Of a DNA stretch of 64,000 nucleotides, positions 25,756 through 38,700 are shown in pieces. This stretch comes from Octopus vulgaris (Eukaryota). A program made the position numbers and the translations under genes. The notes beneath the pieces are model-generated. The model saw nothing but the letters and a program-made list of their open reading frames with translations, did not search any database and was not told the origin of the DNA. The stretch covers positions 46,500,001-46,564,000 of the forward strand of contig OX597824.1 of assembly GCA_951406725.2 (NCBI GenBank), written 5' to 3'. Positions within the stretch are counted from its first letter, which is position 1; each line of letters begins with the position of its first letter.

Positions 25756-28700
25756 TATTTTCATCATCACTACTAGCTTAACTGCCAGCAAAAATAAAGG
25801 CATTTCCAACTGAAAGCCTGGGTCTTTCATAAACGCAAATCGATCTACCAGACGAAAGTATAACACAAGCGGGAACACTTGTGGAAAAAAGGTCTAGGCG
25901 AGAAGTGTCCTTGTATGAGTTTGAATCAGTTCTGTAAGAAATCAACAGAAAAATGATTATATGTAAATGCATTGGCATGCAGACTAGGTGAGGGGAGCGA
26001 GCAAATTGAGCCAAAAACGGAAAGATGCCTGAGGTCAGTTTGGTGCCTCCAAATCTACAAAACGAGGGACAAAATGTTCGGTTCAGTTTCCGAGTGAAGC
26101 AACAGCAACGATAAAAAGCACTCCATAACCACCCTAATCGTGAAGAGTTTGGTCTTATACTGCATTACCAAGATCGGTGAGTGACTAGATTAAGAATAAT
26201 CGATACCCTACCAAAAAATCAATATCTGCTGGGCATCGAGTCCAAAACAGCCATCTTCGAAGTTCACAAGCTGTGCGAGGAAAATTGGTCTGGGATAGAA
26301 ATGGACCTTCTGAACTAGGAAATCATCCATGACTTAATTAGTTTATCAAATGGCATACAACTGTACATGGTGGAGAGAGTGAAAGACCTAAGTGCCAAGT
26401 TTGTAGAGACAGCAACCATCTAAGGATATTCTGTCCAAGACTACCTGGAAGAAAAGCACTGTTGCCGACACTCAACATGCAAAAACAACATCAACAAGGC
26501 TAGCTGCAACAGCAACTACAACAACAGTAGCAGTAGTAGATATCCCAACAGAGATGTTAGCGGCAGCAATAATAAAAACAACTGCAAGAACAACAACGAC
26601 AATAAAAACGACAGTAGGAACAGCAGCAGCAACTTCATTATCACCAGTGAAAACATCAGCAGAAGCAACAGTAGCTACCACAACACCAGCAACAGAAATC
26701 TGCAGCGACAACAGTACCAATCACAACACAAGTAACATCAACAAGCGTTTCACAAAAACAAAAACAAAAGAAATAATAAATAGATAAAATTAGATATAAA
26801 AGAACAAATAATCAAGACCCGTAAAAGTATACCTTCCCCATATACGACCGCTGTGACATGTTGAGTAACGAGGGGGAAATAAAGCAGTCAAGAGAAGAAA
26901 ATGAAGAAGGTAAAAAAATACCCAGCCAACACAGATGGCCGGGGTGTTCGAGAGGAAGCAGAGTTTCCACAAACTGGTCACACACCCATTCCACCTCCAT
27001 CAACACTGACACACTCGACACTACAACCAACACAGCAAAATCAACAAGAAGCCCACAACAATATGTTTTAGAGAAAATATCACAAACTTCACAGCCGTAA
27101 ACAAAATAGCAACGGAACGGATAATTTAAACCAACAGACAGACAGACAAACCCTTCACAACACGTTGTTACAATATACCATCCTGTATATTCATTATAGA
27201 AACTACTTAAGCGATCACAAAACAAAATTGCCCAAAGACTTAGGGGCTTTCTGAGATACAGTAAACAAAAGACTATGCAAAGAGTTGAATGGGGAAGCAA
27301 CGATAAGCTGGAGGACCGAATGACTTGTCCTTCGGCTAGAATAAAGTAAGTAACCTTTTTCACTTTCACCTTTCTGACCAACATAACTTTACTCAGAGCT
27401 TTTTGCATCATTTTTTTTTTCCAGAACTTTTCTGCCTAAGCTAGAAACATTTATTTGGCGAGCTGCCAGAAACGTTAAAAGTCGAAAAATGCTTTGCGGC
27501 GTTCGTTCAAGCATTTACGTTCTAAGTTCAAATGACATCGAGGTCGACTTTACCATTTACTTTTTTCAGAATCGATAAAAGAAGTATCAGTTGAGCAGTG
27601 GAGGTCAATATAATCGACTCCTCCATTAAAATTGTCGGCCATACACACTACGTGTATGGATATGTATATGTGCGTATATGCGTCTTCCTCTTTGCTTGTC
27701 CACATCCTCTTGACAACTGGTTTTTGTTTGTTAACGTCACCATAATATAGTGGTTCAACAAAAAGCCGCCGATAGGATGTGCAAGATTAAAATGAAAAAC
27801 CGAGGTCGAATAAATCCATCGAGGTAGTGTCCAATGCAGTCCAATGACTGAAATAAGTAAAACAATAAAAGAATAGAGAATATATTTAAATCTGAGATAG
27901 TTTTCCCAAGTTTATTGTAATGAATAATTTTGTAAGTTGATAATACTGAACCAGTAGAGCATAACGACAACAATCTTCATCATCATCGTCGTCGTCTACG
28001 ACATTATCTTCCTCTTCCCCCTCCTCCTTCTTCTCCTCCTCATCAAAGCAGTTTCAACAACTTATGAAGAAACCACCTGAGCGCTAGTTGTCCATATAAT
28101 TTTTAACAAGTAAATTTAAGCTGTTTCTGTTATGTTTAGCTCCAAGCCATCTGTGATGGAACTGACAGACAAATAGACATATGATCAAAGGCTCTCCAGC
28201 CTTCGCTACTTTTGCCTTTTTTATTTACAGTTATCTAAGACTACATTATCTAATGCAATGGCTTTAATCGAGTTTCCTTGGAATCCAAAGGTTTTGCGAG
28301 AAAAACCCTGATAAATAAATTGGCTAATTCCATGCAAAGGAATTTTTCTGTATATAATTTTACAGTCGTAATTTATCTATATACGCTCAGTATATTCCCA
28401 AACGTGTCTGCTGACAATAAGGCAACCCTAAGGGAAAACGACCCCCTAACAGGGAATTTGTTTAAACAAGGTCTCCGTCAAGACAATTTCTTAAACTTTC
28501 TTTGTTGACGTATGCAATTTAACTTTACAAAAGAGAAAGAAAGAATATTAATAAAAAATATATGATAATTTTTATGTAGAAGTTCCTCGAGACATGAAAT
28601 AATTTTCAAAAGTTCTCCAAGAGTAAATGAAATTATAGGAAAACGCTGCTCTAATGTATCTTTTCCTTATTTAAGACTGTAGAAGTGTGATTTTGAGGAA

Positions 28701-28879
28701 CTTTAGTCGCTATTTTTACCAGGCAAAACGATTATGTAGAGGCTCTGTTGTTTTCTCATGAGACTGGTTGTAGCAATTGGTATTTCTGTATTTCCGTCAT
28801 TATTTGTACAATCACATACAATGGGATATTTTCAGTTTCTCTTTGACAGATGGTGCTCAACACAAATGACTAACTATTC

Positions 28880-29030
28880 CTCATCACCGCACATACGCGA
28901 GCGTGCGAAACAAAGAGCTCAGTTGCAAGGTTACATCACGCTGAAATACTTCCGCATTGGTGATGCGCAGATAGCTACATGCGCATGTAATTGTATTAAC
29001 ATCACCACATGAGGTGTCTGCGCCTGTACC
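28880..29030. promoter_or_regulatory. CpG-enriched putative cis-regulatory cluster
   Basis: TTACATCA (bZIP-like), ACTTCCG (ETS), ATTGG (CCAAT), palindrome TACATGCGCATGTA (NRF1-like core) and CACATG E-box within 150 bp of apparently unique sequence. Confidence 0.3.
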
Positions 29031-30179
29031 TGTGTGTGTGTGTGTGTGAAAGAGAGAGAGGGAGAGGGAGAAAAACAGAGTGAATTTGTTTGTATGTCTG
29101 TGTCAGTGTTATTTTTTTTTTGTGTGTGATTCTTTTATAATTAAGTAAGTAGCTTACATGTTTTGAAGAAATGAAGAAAAGAAAGCTAATATTTATAACT
29201 AAAATCGCTTGCCCGAATAGCATACATATTTGACTTCCATGTAACATCGACATCATCTCGTCTACCTTCTTCTACCTGTTTGTTCTAAAACCAAACACAT
29301 GTGTTTAAGCAATACATATACAAAACTGTTTTACTACTTCCCGATTTATCATTGCTAAGGAAAGGTTGGCAGCGAGGAGTGCGTGGATTAGTTAGATTAG
29401 TACTAGGCTGACTTAGTAAGAAAGCAAGTAGTGATATTCTTGAACATTACTCACTATAAGTCAATTTGAACGTTTGGTATATAAAATAAATGTGAAATGT
29501 GTTTCAATAGGAATATATAAACTTTATTTAGAAACAGGAAGCAAATGTAAAATGGCACAGCAGAAGTTTTATCAGTAGCATGACTCGGATATACAGCCAT
29601 GTACGGGTGTCGAGCACGCACAAACATGCGTACGCGAACGGGGAATGGGAATGCACCATGATTGTCATGATGAAACTAGTGATAAATATTCATAGAAAGA
29701 AATCTTCGACGCAGATTTGATGTTCATTTGAGTCATTTCATTTACACTTTGTGAGAAGCAGTTTAGATAGCAATGGGTCATGCTGTAATCGTTCTTGATA
29801 CTACACATCGTGATAATTCTATGATCAATTGGCCAATACGAGACGATATATAAATAAAATAGACATACATATATACATATATAGACATATATACATACAT
29901 ACACACGTATATATATTCATGTATAATAGTCCTACATATGCGTGTATGTATATATCTTATCTACTCCATTCCTTAACTCCTATATTCTTATTCGCATACC
30001 TGGCAAACCTGGTCGCCTACCGTAAAATATAAAAACGACTTTTTTCAGTTTATCATACTTCGATACAAAAACAAATTCTCAATAAACCAGTATTGCCCCT
30101 GAAAGTTGCTTTTCATATTTACTACGGATTGCTTGAAGCTAACTTTCTTCCTACACCTCGATCCTTGGATCTTTTATTT

Positions 30180-30261
<82 letters not shown>

Positions 30262-30473
30262 CATTTACTTGTTTCAGTCATTAGATTGCGGCCATGCTGG
30301 GACATCGCCTTGAATAGTTTAATCCAACATATTAACCGAAGTACTTATCATTTTTCTAAAACATGGTTCTCTCTATATAGGGCATTTTTTTTACGAACAA
30401 CTAAATTAGGGGACGTAAGCGAACCGTCACCAGATGTCAAACAGTCTTGCGAGGAACAAACGCAAACTAAAAG

Positions 30474-30518
<45 letters not shown>

Positions 30519-30602
30519 TGTTTATGTGATTTTGATTTTTGATTTTTCCAGTTTCAGCTAATGAGCTGTGGCCATGCTGGGGCATGTATATATATATATA
30601 TT

Positions 30603-30800
30603 CTTTTATTTTTTTTATTTGTTTCAGTCATTTGATTGCAGCCATGTTGGAGCATCGCCTTTAGTCGAGCAAATCGACCCCAGGACTTATTCTTTGTAAG
30701 CCTAGTACTTGTTCTATCGGTCCCTTTGGCCAAACCGCTGAGTTACGGGGGCGTAAACACACCAACATCGGTTGTTAAGCGATGGTGGGGGGAACAAACA

Positions 30801-30850
<50 letters not shown>
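30603..30850 (-). mobile_element. SINE family A 3' half (5' half at ~32625-32745, split by the palindromic insertion)
   Basis: tttgtttcagtcatttgattgcagccatg...gtaaacacaccaacatcggttg...acaaacagacacac, then (TA)n. The head half resumes with tatacgacagatttctttcagtttccgtc after 32600. Confidence 0.85.
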
Positions 30851-30866
<16 letters not shown>

Positions 30867-30882
30867 TTTATTATATAGAAGG

Positions 30883-30933
30883 AGCTTCTACAGGACTAGT
30901 ACTGTTTCATTCAAGAGAAATCTTCAGGAAGCT
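30883..30933 (-). ncRNA. Type I hammerhead ribozyme motif
   Basis: Reverse complement of 32464-32514. Confidence 0.72.
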
Positions 30934-31315
30934 ATTTAACAAGAATTGTATTAGCATTTATACATTTAGGCAGGTTTAAAGGAGTGGTGGTGGGGGACTT
31001 TTTGGGGGTAGGCATAGCGCAAAATATCATACTTGGGGGAGTGGTCAAGGAGTCAGTGGTAAGTTAGATGAAAGAATAGATAAATAAAAAAATAAAAAAA
31101 TAAAAAATAAAAAAATAAAATAAAAAAATAAAAAAATAAAAAATATAAAAAATATATATAAAAAAATATATATATAAAATATATATATAAAAAAATATAT
31201 ATATAAAAAAAGGGGGGATAGAGTTATAGGTAAATAAGGAGATTCTCACTTATACCTATACACACATGTATACGTATCTACACACACATACATGCATACA
31301 CATATATATACACAC

Positions 31316-31346
<31 letters not shown>

Positions 31347-31690
31347 CATATATACATATACATATGTACACACATACATACATATCTACATACACACATA
31401 CATACACCCGCCCACATATACAAATTTATACACATGCACATGCCTATACCTGTCTACACATACACACACGTATATATGCATACACTCACTCCCATGCATG
31501 CACGCATACACACATGTATATATATATATATATACCCACGACCACACATACATATATACACATAAAAATATATATTCATACGCACATACACTCATGCACA
31601 CACAACACACCTAGTTCCCTATATACACATATTTACACCTATATATACATACACCCACATACACCTATGTACACATATATATATATAAAC

Positions 31691-31738
<48 letters not shown>

Positions 31739-32279
31739 ACATAGGTGTATGTGGGTGTATGTATATATAGGTGTAAATATGTGTATATAGGGAACTAGGT
31801 GTGTTGTGTGTGCATGAGTGTATGTGCGTATGAATATATATTTTTATGTGTATATATGTATGTGTGGTCGTGGGTATATATATATATATATACATGTGTG
31901 TATGCGTGCATGCATGGGAGTGAGTGTATGCATATATACGTGTGTATGTGTAGACAGGTATAGGCATGTGCATGTGTATAAATTTGTATATGTGGGCGGG
32001 TGTATGTATGTGTGTATGTAGATATGTATGTATGTGTGTACATATGTATATGTATATATGTATATATATATATATATGTATATATATATGTGTGTGTATA
32101 TATATGTGTATGCATGTATGTGTGTGTAGATACGTATACATGTGTGTATAGGTATAAGTGAGAATCTCCTTATTTACCTATAACTCTATCCCCCCTTTTT
32201 TTATATATATATTTTTTTTATATATATATTTTATATATATATTTTTTTATATATATTTTTTATATTTTTTATTTTTTTA

Positions 32280-32310
<31 letters not shown>

Positions 32311-32463
32311 TATTTTTTTATTTATCTATTCTTTCATCTAACTTACCACTGACCTGACCACTCCCCAAGTATGATATTTTGCCTATGCCTACCCCCAAAG
32401 TCCCCACCACCACTCCTTTAAACCTGCCTAAATGTATAAATGCTAATACAATTCTTGTTAAAT

Positions 32464-32514
32464 AGCTTCCTGAAGATTTCTCTTGAATGAAACAGTACTA
32501 GTCCTGTAGAAGCT
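32464..32514 (+). ncRNA. Type I hammerhead ribozyme motif
   Basis: AGCTTC-CTGAAGA-TTTC-tctt-GAAT-GAAA-CAG-tactagtc-CTG-TA/GAAGCT. Stem I 6 bp, stem III 4 bp with a palindromic ACTAGT in the loop, stem II weak with a U.U first pair. Confidence 0.75.
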
Positions 32515-32596
32515 CCTTCTATATAATAAATTAATTTTACTCTGCTATGTATTGAGTACCTTACTTACTGTGGTTAACCCCGAATCAACCCGGGAC

Positions 32597-32628
<32 letters not shown>

Positions 32629-32756
32629 CGACAGATTTCTTTCAGTTTCCGTCTATCAAATCAACTCACGAGAAGACACTTGCCCAAGTTGCCACGCAAT
32701 GGGACTGAACAAAGTGGTTGGTAAGCAAGCCACTCCTGCGCCTATAAAAGTGTGAG

Positions 32757-32869
32757 ACGCTTACAGCACCTAGGTTCTCCAAGCGGTCACCCACCTAAGT
32801 ACTCACTAGGCTCGTCGTTGCTTAACTTCGGTGATCGGACGAGAACCGGTGCTTTCAATGTGATATGGG
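32757..32869 (-). pseudogene. 5S rRNA-derived copy (slightly 5'-truncated)
   Basis: Minus strand ccatatcacattgaaagcaccggttctcgtccgatcaccgaagttaagcaacgacgagcctagtgagtacttaggtgggtgaccgcttggagaacctaggtgctgtaagc matches metazoan 5S rRNA, including box A and a box C-like region. The first ~7 nt are replaced by microsatellite. Confidence 0.9.
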
Positions 32870-32888
32870 TGTGCGTATGTGCGTGCGT

Positions 32889-32938
<50 letters not shown>

Positions 32939-33036
32939 TTACCACAATACTGAAGAGTATTGTGGTAAAAGTCTGCTCGAATTCGATGCTTACATTCTGA
33001 CTATATACATGTCAAAACCAGTACTATATTGCTTGA

Positions 33037-33073
<37 letters not shown>

Positions 33074-33085
33074 TATCTATTTATA

Positions 33086-33295
33086 AAGCGACCTGGCAGA
33101 ATCGTTAGTACGCTGGACAAAATGGATAGCGGTATTTCGTCCGTCTTTACGTTTTGAGTTCAAATTCCGACAAGGTCGGTTTCCTATTCATCCTTGCGGG
33201 GTCCATAAAAATAAGTACCAGTTGAGTACTGGGGTCGATGTAATCGACTTATCCCCTTCTCCGAAGTTGCTGGCCTTGTGTCAGAATTTAAAACT
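33086..33295 (+). mobile_element. SINE family B
   Basis: ctggcagaatcgttagtacg...gagttcaaattccg...aaaataagtaccagttgagtactggggtcgatgtaatcgac. Confidence 0.85.
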
Positions 33296-33339
33296 ATAAT
33301 GATTATTGGTGCTGTTGTTGTTTGTCAAGCTCGCAAGAT

Positions 33340-33683
33340 CGCGCCTCAGGATTGTCTGTAGTGGGAGAAGTCCGAAACGTGGTCCTTTGCTATTCGTGAG
33401 ACCCGCAGAAGAGAAAGCAGGTCAACTCTCGACACCCAGAGCATCAACGGGTGGATGAATGCGCATCCAGGCTCAGCGGTTGCGTAGGAAGTCGGGGACA
33501 AGAAACAGGAAGAAAGAGTGAGAGAAAGAGTACAACAAGGGTCGCCACCACCCCCTGCCGGAGCCTCGTGGAGCTTTAGGTGTTTTCGCTCAATAAACAC
33601 ACACAACGCCCGGTCTGGGAATCGAAACTGTGATCCTCCGACCGCGAGTCCGCTGCCCTAACCACTGGGCCATTGCGCCTCCT
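33340..33683 (-). mobile_element. SINE family C variant with a different 3' tail
   Basis: Same tRNA head (ggcgcaatggcccagtggttagggcagcggactcgcggtcggaggatc) as 7807 and 21907, but diverges after tctttcttcctgtttct. Confidence 0.85.
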
Positions 33684-34577
33684 GTTGTTGCTATTCGGGA
33701 AGTAGCAGGAATATCTTTGTCTCCGCTCCATAGATTTAAAAAAAAGGAAGATTTTTCTTTTGTGCATCTTTATATTTTGTAAGCATTGTTAGGGAGGAAC
33801 AGGAAGCAGCACTCACTACAGTGTTGATAGCACTGATGCGAACAGACATCCCCAAACATTTAAGACAATATACAGGAAAACAAATGCTTATACTTGCACA
33901 GAACAGCACACACACACTCACCCCCCCCACACACAAACATATACACACACCACACACAAATAAAAGAAAACTATCACCAAACATACAAAAAATTTAGACA
34001 CGAATACGTGTACAGTATTGGACAATTCAAAACGTATCTCTGGTTATATATGTTTAAATGATGCTACACTCTGTTTATATACAGCATAGCAAATATGAAG
34101 TACTGAGATAATGTAGAAGTGTGATTAAAAGCAGAGCTTGAGACAAATAGTAATAATTTTAAACTTCATTGACAACATAACCATTAAGTTTGTTTCTCGT
34201 CTTACGTCACTGAATCATTTGGATGCCACTGATCTATGATCAAAAGCGTTCCATTAGTGACCATTTTGATTTATATTCCTACATACAATATCTTGGACAA
34301 CATTATTTAGTGTATTCTTATAGTTGCAGGAAAGTAAAATTTGATTTGAAAGAAATGTGGCAGTCACTTTTAGCAGTTCGTGTAACAACGTCGAAACACA
34401 ACCAATCGCAAGATTTGATCATAGATTTAAATCATATTACATGTAATACTTCTTTTTTTTTTTTTTCAATAACTAACTCTATTTGTTATTGTTTCTCAGA
34501 AATAGTATACTTGGGTATATAATTGTTGCATTAATCTGTATTAGAAAAGCATTATGTTGGCCTGTCATAATGCGAAT

Positions 34578-34650
34578 CTACCATAATACTGATCTACCTT
34601 ATACTGATCTATCATAATACTGATCAACTACTGACCCATCATAATACTGT
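34578..34650. repeat. Short minisatellite, ~15 bp unit (cataatactgatcta)
   Basis: Four to five degenerate tandem units. Confidence 0.7.
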
Positions 34651-34847
34651 AATAGAATGGGAATAATTTGTAATAGACCATAATGAGGGACTATTACAGA
34701 TTATTCCCAGGAAAATATTTTTCATCTATTTTACTATAGTTTCTCGTTGTCAAACGTAAGGCAAACTGTTGAATCTAAGATATGGTAAATTAGCTACGAT
34801 AGATTACAATTAATTGAAAAATTATTTTCATTAAAAATTATAGGATG

Positions 34848-35210
34848 ACTAGCGGTATCGCCCGGCGTTGCTCGGGTTTGTAAGGGAAATAACTATAAAG
34901 CATTTTTAGAGAGTTATAGCCAAAAAATGGAAAAAAAATTATGGTAAATTTTTTTTAGTTAAAAAGGTCGAGTTGCGTCCCCTAGACAGTCTGTGGTTTG
35001 TGTTTCTGATTCTCGACCCCATGTCGAATTTATTGATTTTTTCAGAACTGGGGGAACTTTTCAAAATTTTCGCTGCGTTAGTTTTGAATTATGACATTGG
35101 GCTATGTGTGTGTCAAGTTTCATCAGAATCGGTTGAAAGCTGTGGTCAGGGTGACACACAGACACACAGAAACACACACAGACAAACTGCCGTTTATATA
35201 TAGAGAGATA
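34848..35210 (+). mobile_element. Non-autonomous Helitron/Helentron-like element
   Basis: actagcggtatcgcccggcgttgctcgggtttg ... caagtttcatcagaatcgg ... cacacagacaaactgccgtttatatatagagagat. Confidence 0.6.
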
Positions 35211-35394
35211 TTTTAACCGATATTATGTCAGCTCCAGCATTTCACTTTCCTGGAAAATAATTGGTATTAAATTTCTTTATTAAAAATTTTTATAGGGATT
35301 TTCAAGGTTAAAATGCAATTCTATTTTTACTATGAAAATAAAAGGATGGATACTTGATTTTTATTAAAATTTAGTGCAACACTATTCATATATT

Positions 35395-35790
35395 CGTTTC
35401 AAATTTTGGCACAAGGCCAGCAATTTCGGGAGAAGAGCTAAGTCGATTACATTTACCCTAGTACTCAACTGGTACTTATTTTATCGACCCTGAAAGGATG
35501 AAAAACAAAGTAGACCTTAGGCGGAATTTGAACTCAGAACGTAAAGACAGGTGAAATGCCGCTAAGCATTTTGCTCGACGTGCTAACGATTCTGTTAGCT
35601 CGCCGCCTTGTACTATACATATATTCTTTTCTACTCTAGGCACAAGGCCCGAAATTTCTGGGGAGGGGGCCAGTCGATTAGATCGATCCACTACGCAACT
35701 GGTACTTAATTTGTCGACCCCGAAAGGATGAAAAGCAAAGTCGACCTTGGCGGAATTTGAACTCAAAACGTACAGACAGACGAAATAGTA
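35395..35790 (-). mobile_element. Two adjacent SINE family B copies
   Basis: Copies at 35395-35608 and 35625-35787. The second is flanked by the imperfect TSD tactata(c/t)atatatt. Confidence 0.85.
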
Positions 35791-38700
35791 CTATATATAT
35801 ATTACCATATCTGAGAGGACAAAAGAGATAAAATTTCCTGAAAGAATTTAATGTCAGAAATATGAAATGTACAAGTTTCTACAATGAATCTTAGCTAGTT
35901 CTTTACCTGATATACTCAGCAATTGTAAATGGATAAGGCTTTTTGGGTGGGCGCTATTTAGGAATGCAAGGAGTGTTCCAAGAGAGGTAGCACCTCTGAA
36001 GAAACACATTTGCTGTGTTCTCTCAAAGAAAGTTTTCCCCTTTAGTTTCTGCTTGGCACCTAACTCTCTCCTGTGACCCAAACAAGCTGCAGCGCAGTCA
36101 ATACACCCCGGCTCACTACTTTGACAGGCGGAATGAACAAGGTAAAGACTTGAGAACCCTTGGTGAACTTGAGCATCTGTCACTGAGCATGTGAAACAGT
36201 TGACACTAGTGGAATGAGTGCGCATAAACAACAGTTAAAATAGCAGTTTCAGCAGGCGTTGCAGAATGTTAAAACTACGACGAAACACTATAGAAGCTTT
36301 GATCATCCCAACATCTAGATTTACCTCCACCTCTCTTGATGTATCTAGATTATGGCAGGTCTAAATGGAGAACGTGGAACAAATGTTTCACAACTCTACT
36401 CTCCCTCACCCACACTTGATACACTCCTAAAAGCACAAATCATGACGTCGCTTGATATCATCACGTGATATCGTAGCCATTATCTTATGGACGAACAAAG
36501 AAACTGAGGTTTTGTTAAAAAAAATAGAAGCTAAAGCGTTAAGAGTTAAACGGTTAAAAATGTATATATTTCAAGTATATAACAAATGAAATGTTGAAAT
36601 ACTGTAGATATTCCTTTCGATTTCGAATAAAATGGACAGTAACTGATTTCATTTTTCTACATAAAATTCCCCAAATTCGCCAATGCAAAATTTTAATCAT
36701 ACCATATATATGACTGTTTGTTTAACACAAGATATCGGAAAGGCTAGATATAAAAAGATTTTTAAAATATGAAAAAGAGAGGCAAAGCATGTTAAAATCC
36801 CAGGACAGTCGTTTTGAGACTGAAATGTATACAACACCTGTTTATTGTTGAGTTCCATTTTATATTTATAATAGTTCTAAGTAGAGCAAAGCAGTCACTC
36901 TACCTGCTAAAAGTAACTGCCAAACACTCTAAAACTACAGCGCATCATCTTAAGAGAGAAAGGATACATGGAATAGTTTTGTTCTACATATACATGGAAA
37001 AGTGGGTAGGGAGAATGGTAATGGTTGAAATGTTTTTGATCATAGGCCTGTTCGATCAAGGCTGGCCTGAATCAACACTACCACCACCGCTGCCGCCACC
37101 GCCACTGCCGCCACCGCCACTACCACTACCGCCATCACCATGAGAATTACTGATACACAAACAGATGCAGACTTTTAATGGAGAAAGTCAGTTACTAGCT
37201 TGGATTCCACACTCTACTTCCTTTGTTGACATTGTGATAATAGTTTTATTCTTTAGACTCAAATCACAACAGATGGTATGACATTCATGTATATCTCAAG
37301 GTTAAGAAATTGGCATCGGGAATCAAATTTGGCATGGGGATTCGGTTCCAGAAAGTTTCCTCTCCACATTATTCTGCATCTAATACTAATGTTTTTTAAA
37401 AGCATTTTAGCAATTAATTGGAAGGTTTTCGAAACCTTCTTTCCTTTTTTCTTTTTCTTTTTTTGTGCAATAATGCTTACTTCATTGATCACTCATTTTA
37501 AAACACTATGATTGTTTTTACCTTCCTATTGAGTTAACAACTGTATTTTGTGTAGGTATGAGAATTCGCAGTAACTTTATTCGATACGGTACTACCGAAT
37601 GAAGTTTCAAACATCAAGTTTCTTGTCGCCGACAGTTCAAATACATACATGCTAAATTTACTGAGAATATACAAGTGCCACGTGAATATAAAAGTTCACT
37701 ACTGTACTAAAGACGACAATACGCTATGACTGTCTCTCGAATATTTTATTAGTTTGTATGTGGTGCAAGCATGGCCATGTGGTTAAGAAATTTATTTCAT
37801 GACTATATTGCTTAAGATCCGATCCCAATGCACAAGAATTTGAGTGAAATTTAGTCGATGGAAACTGTTGAAATCTGTCGGAATCACTGTTCTTGTTATT
37901 GGGTGCTAAACTTAATCCTTCCCAGCGTAGCACCATCAAATGTCTCTTGGACTCTGCTACAAATATTGGGATCACGTTTCTTGTATGGGAGATAACTTTC
38001 TCCTATCAGTCTTGGTGACCAGGAAAAGATGAAGTCGCTGCCATTCGCCTTCGCACTAAATCATGTTAAAAAGATCATGAAATTTATTAACGAAACTAAA
38101 TAATATTTCAATGAAATATTGTGTGGTATTTTAAAGAAGGTTGTATAATCAGTGAGTGTACTTGTGACAGTACATTTTCTCAATGAATCACACAGTATCG
38201 TTCATTCATACAGCAACTAAACTATTCATGATCGGCGAGATATAGACAAAAATCCATAAGTTCTAAATTTGGTAGGATAAAGGATAAGTACAATGAATGA
38301 AATATAGAGGTATACCGAATCTGAGAAATTGAATCTGTAATGCGAGTTCGATTCCGTATTGAATTATTTCAAATACACTTTCTACCTATAATTTCAAATA
38401 GTAGCCAAATAGATGAATTCTGTCAGGTTTTCTAATTACTTCAACATAAAACTTTTGGATATGATTCGAAAAACTTCTGATTCTTCAGCAGTGTATAATT
38501 TCTCAGAAACTCTGTATTATGTCTCTACCCAAGGCCTTTAATATTCAAAAAGTTACTCTTGCTCTAAAACCGCATATCAAGCAGCAAGTTGTATCGGTTC
38601 TGAAAACCATGTAACTAAATACTCTGTTTTAATAAATGAATTATGCATATTCACATGTATCGTATTTGATTTTCCACTTCAGTGCTGGTTCGTAGGTGCC

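Larger units (their letters stand above)
30867..32600. mobile_element. ~1.7 kb near-perfect palindromic non-coding element with outward-facing hammerheads (PLE derivative)
   Basis: 30867 to ~31675 is the reverse complement of ~31733-32530. The arms consist of a unique terminal segment, an A-rich tract and degenerate (CA/TA) microsatellite. The right arm has an extra ~70 nt tail. (TA)n on both flanks. Confidence 0.88.

Noticed and set aside
25780-26450. Possible Tx1-type ORF1 relic
   Set aside because: Too degraded to support with identifiable motifs.
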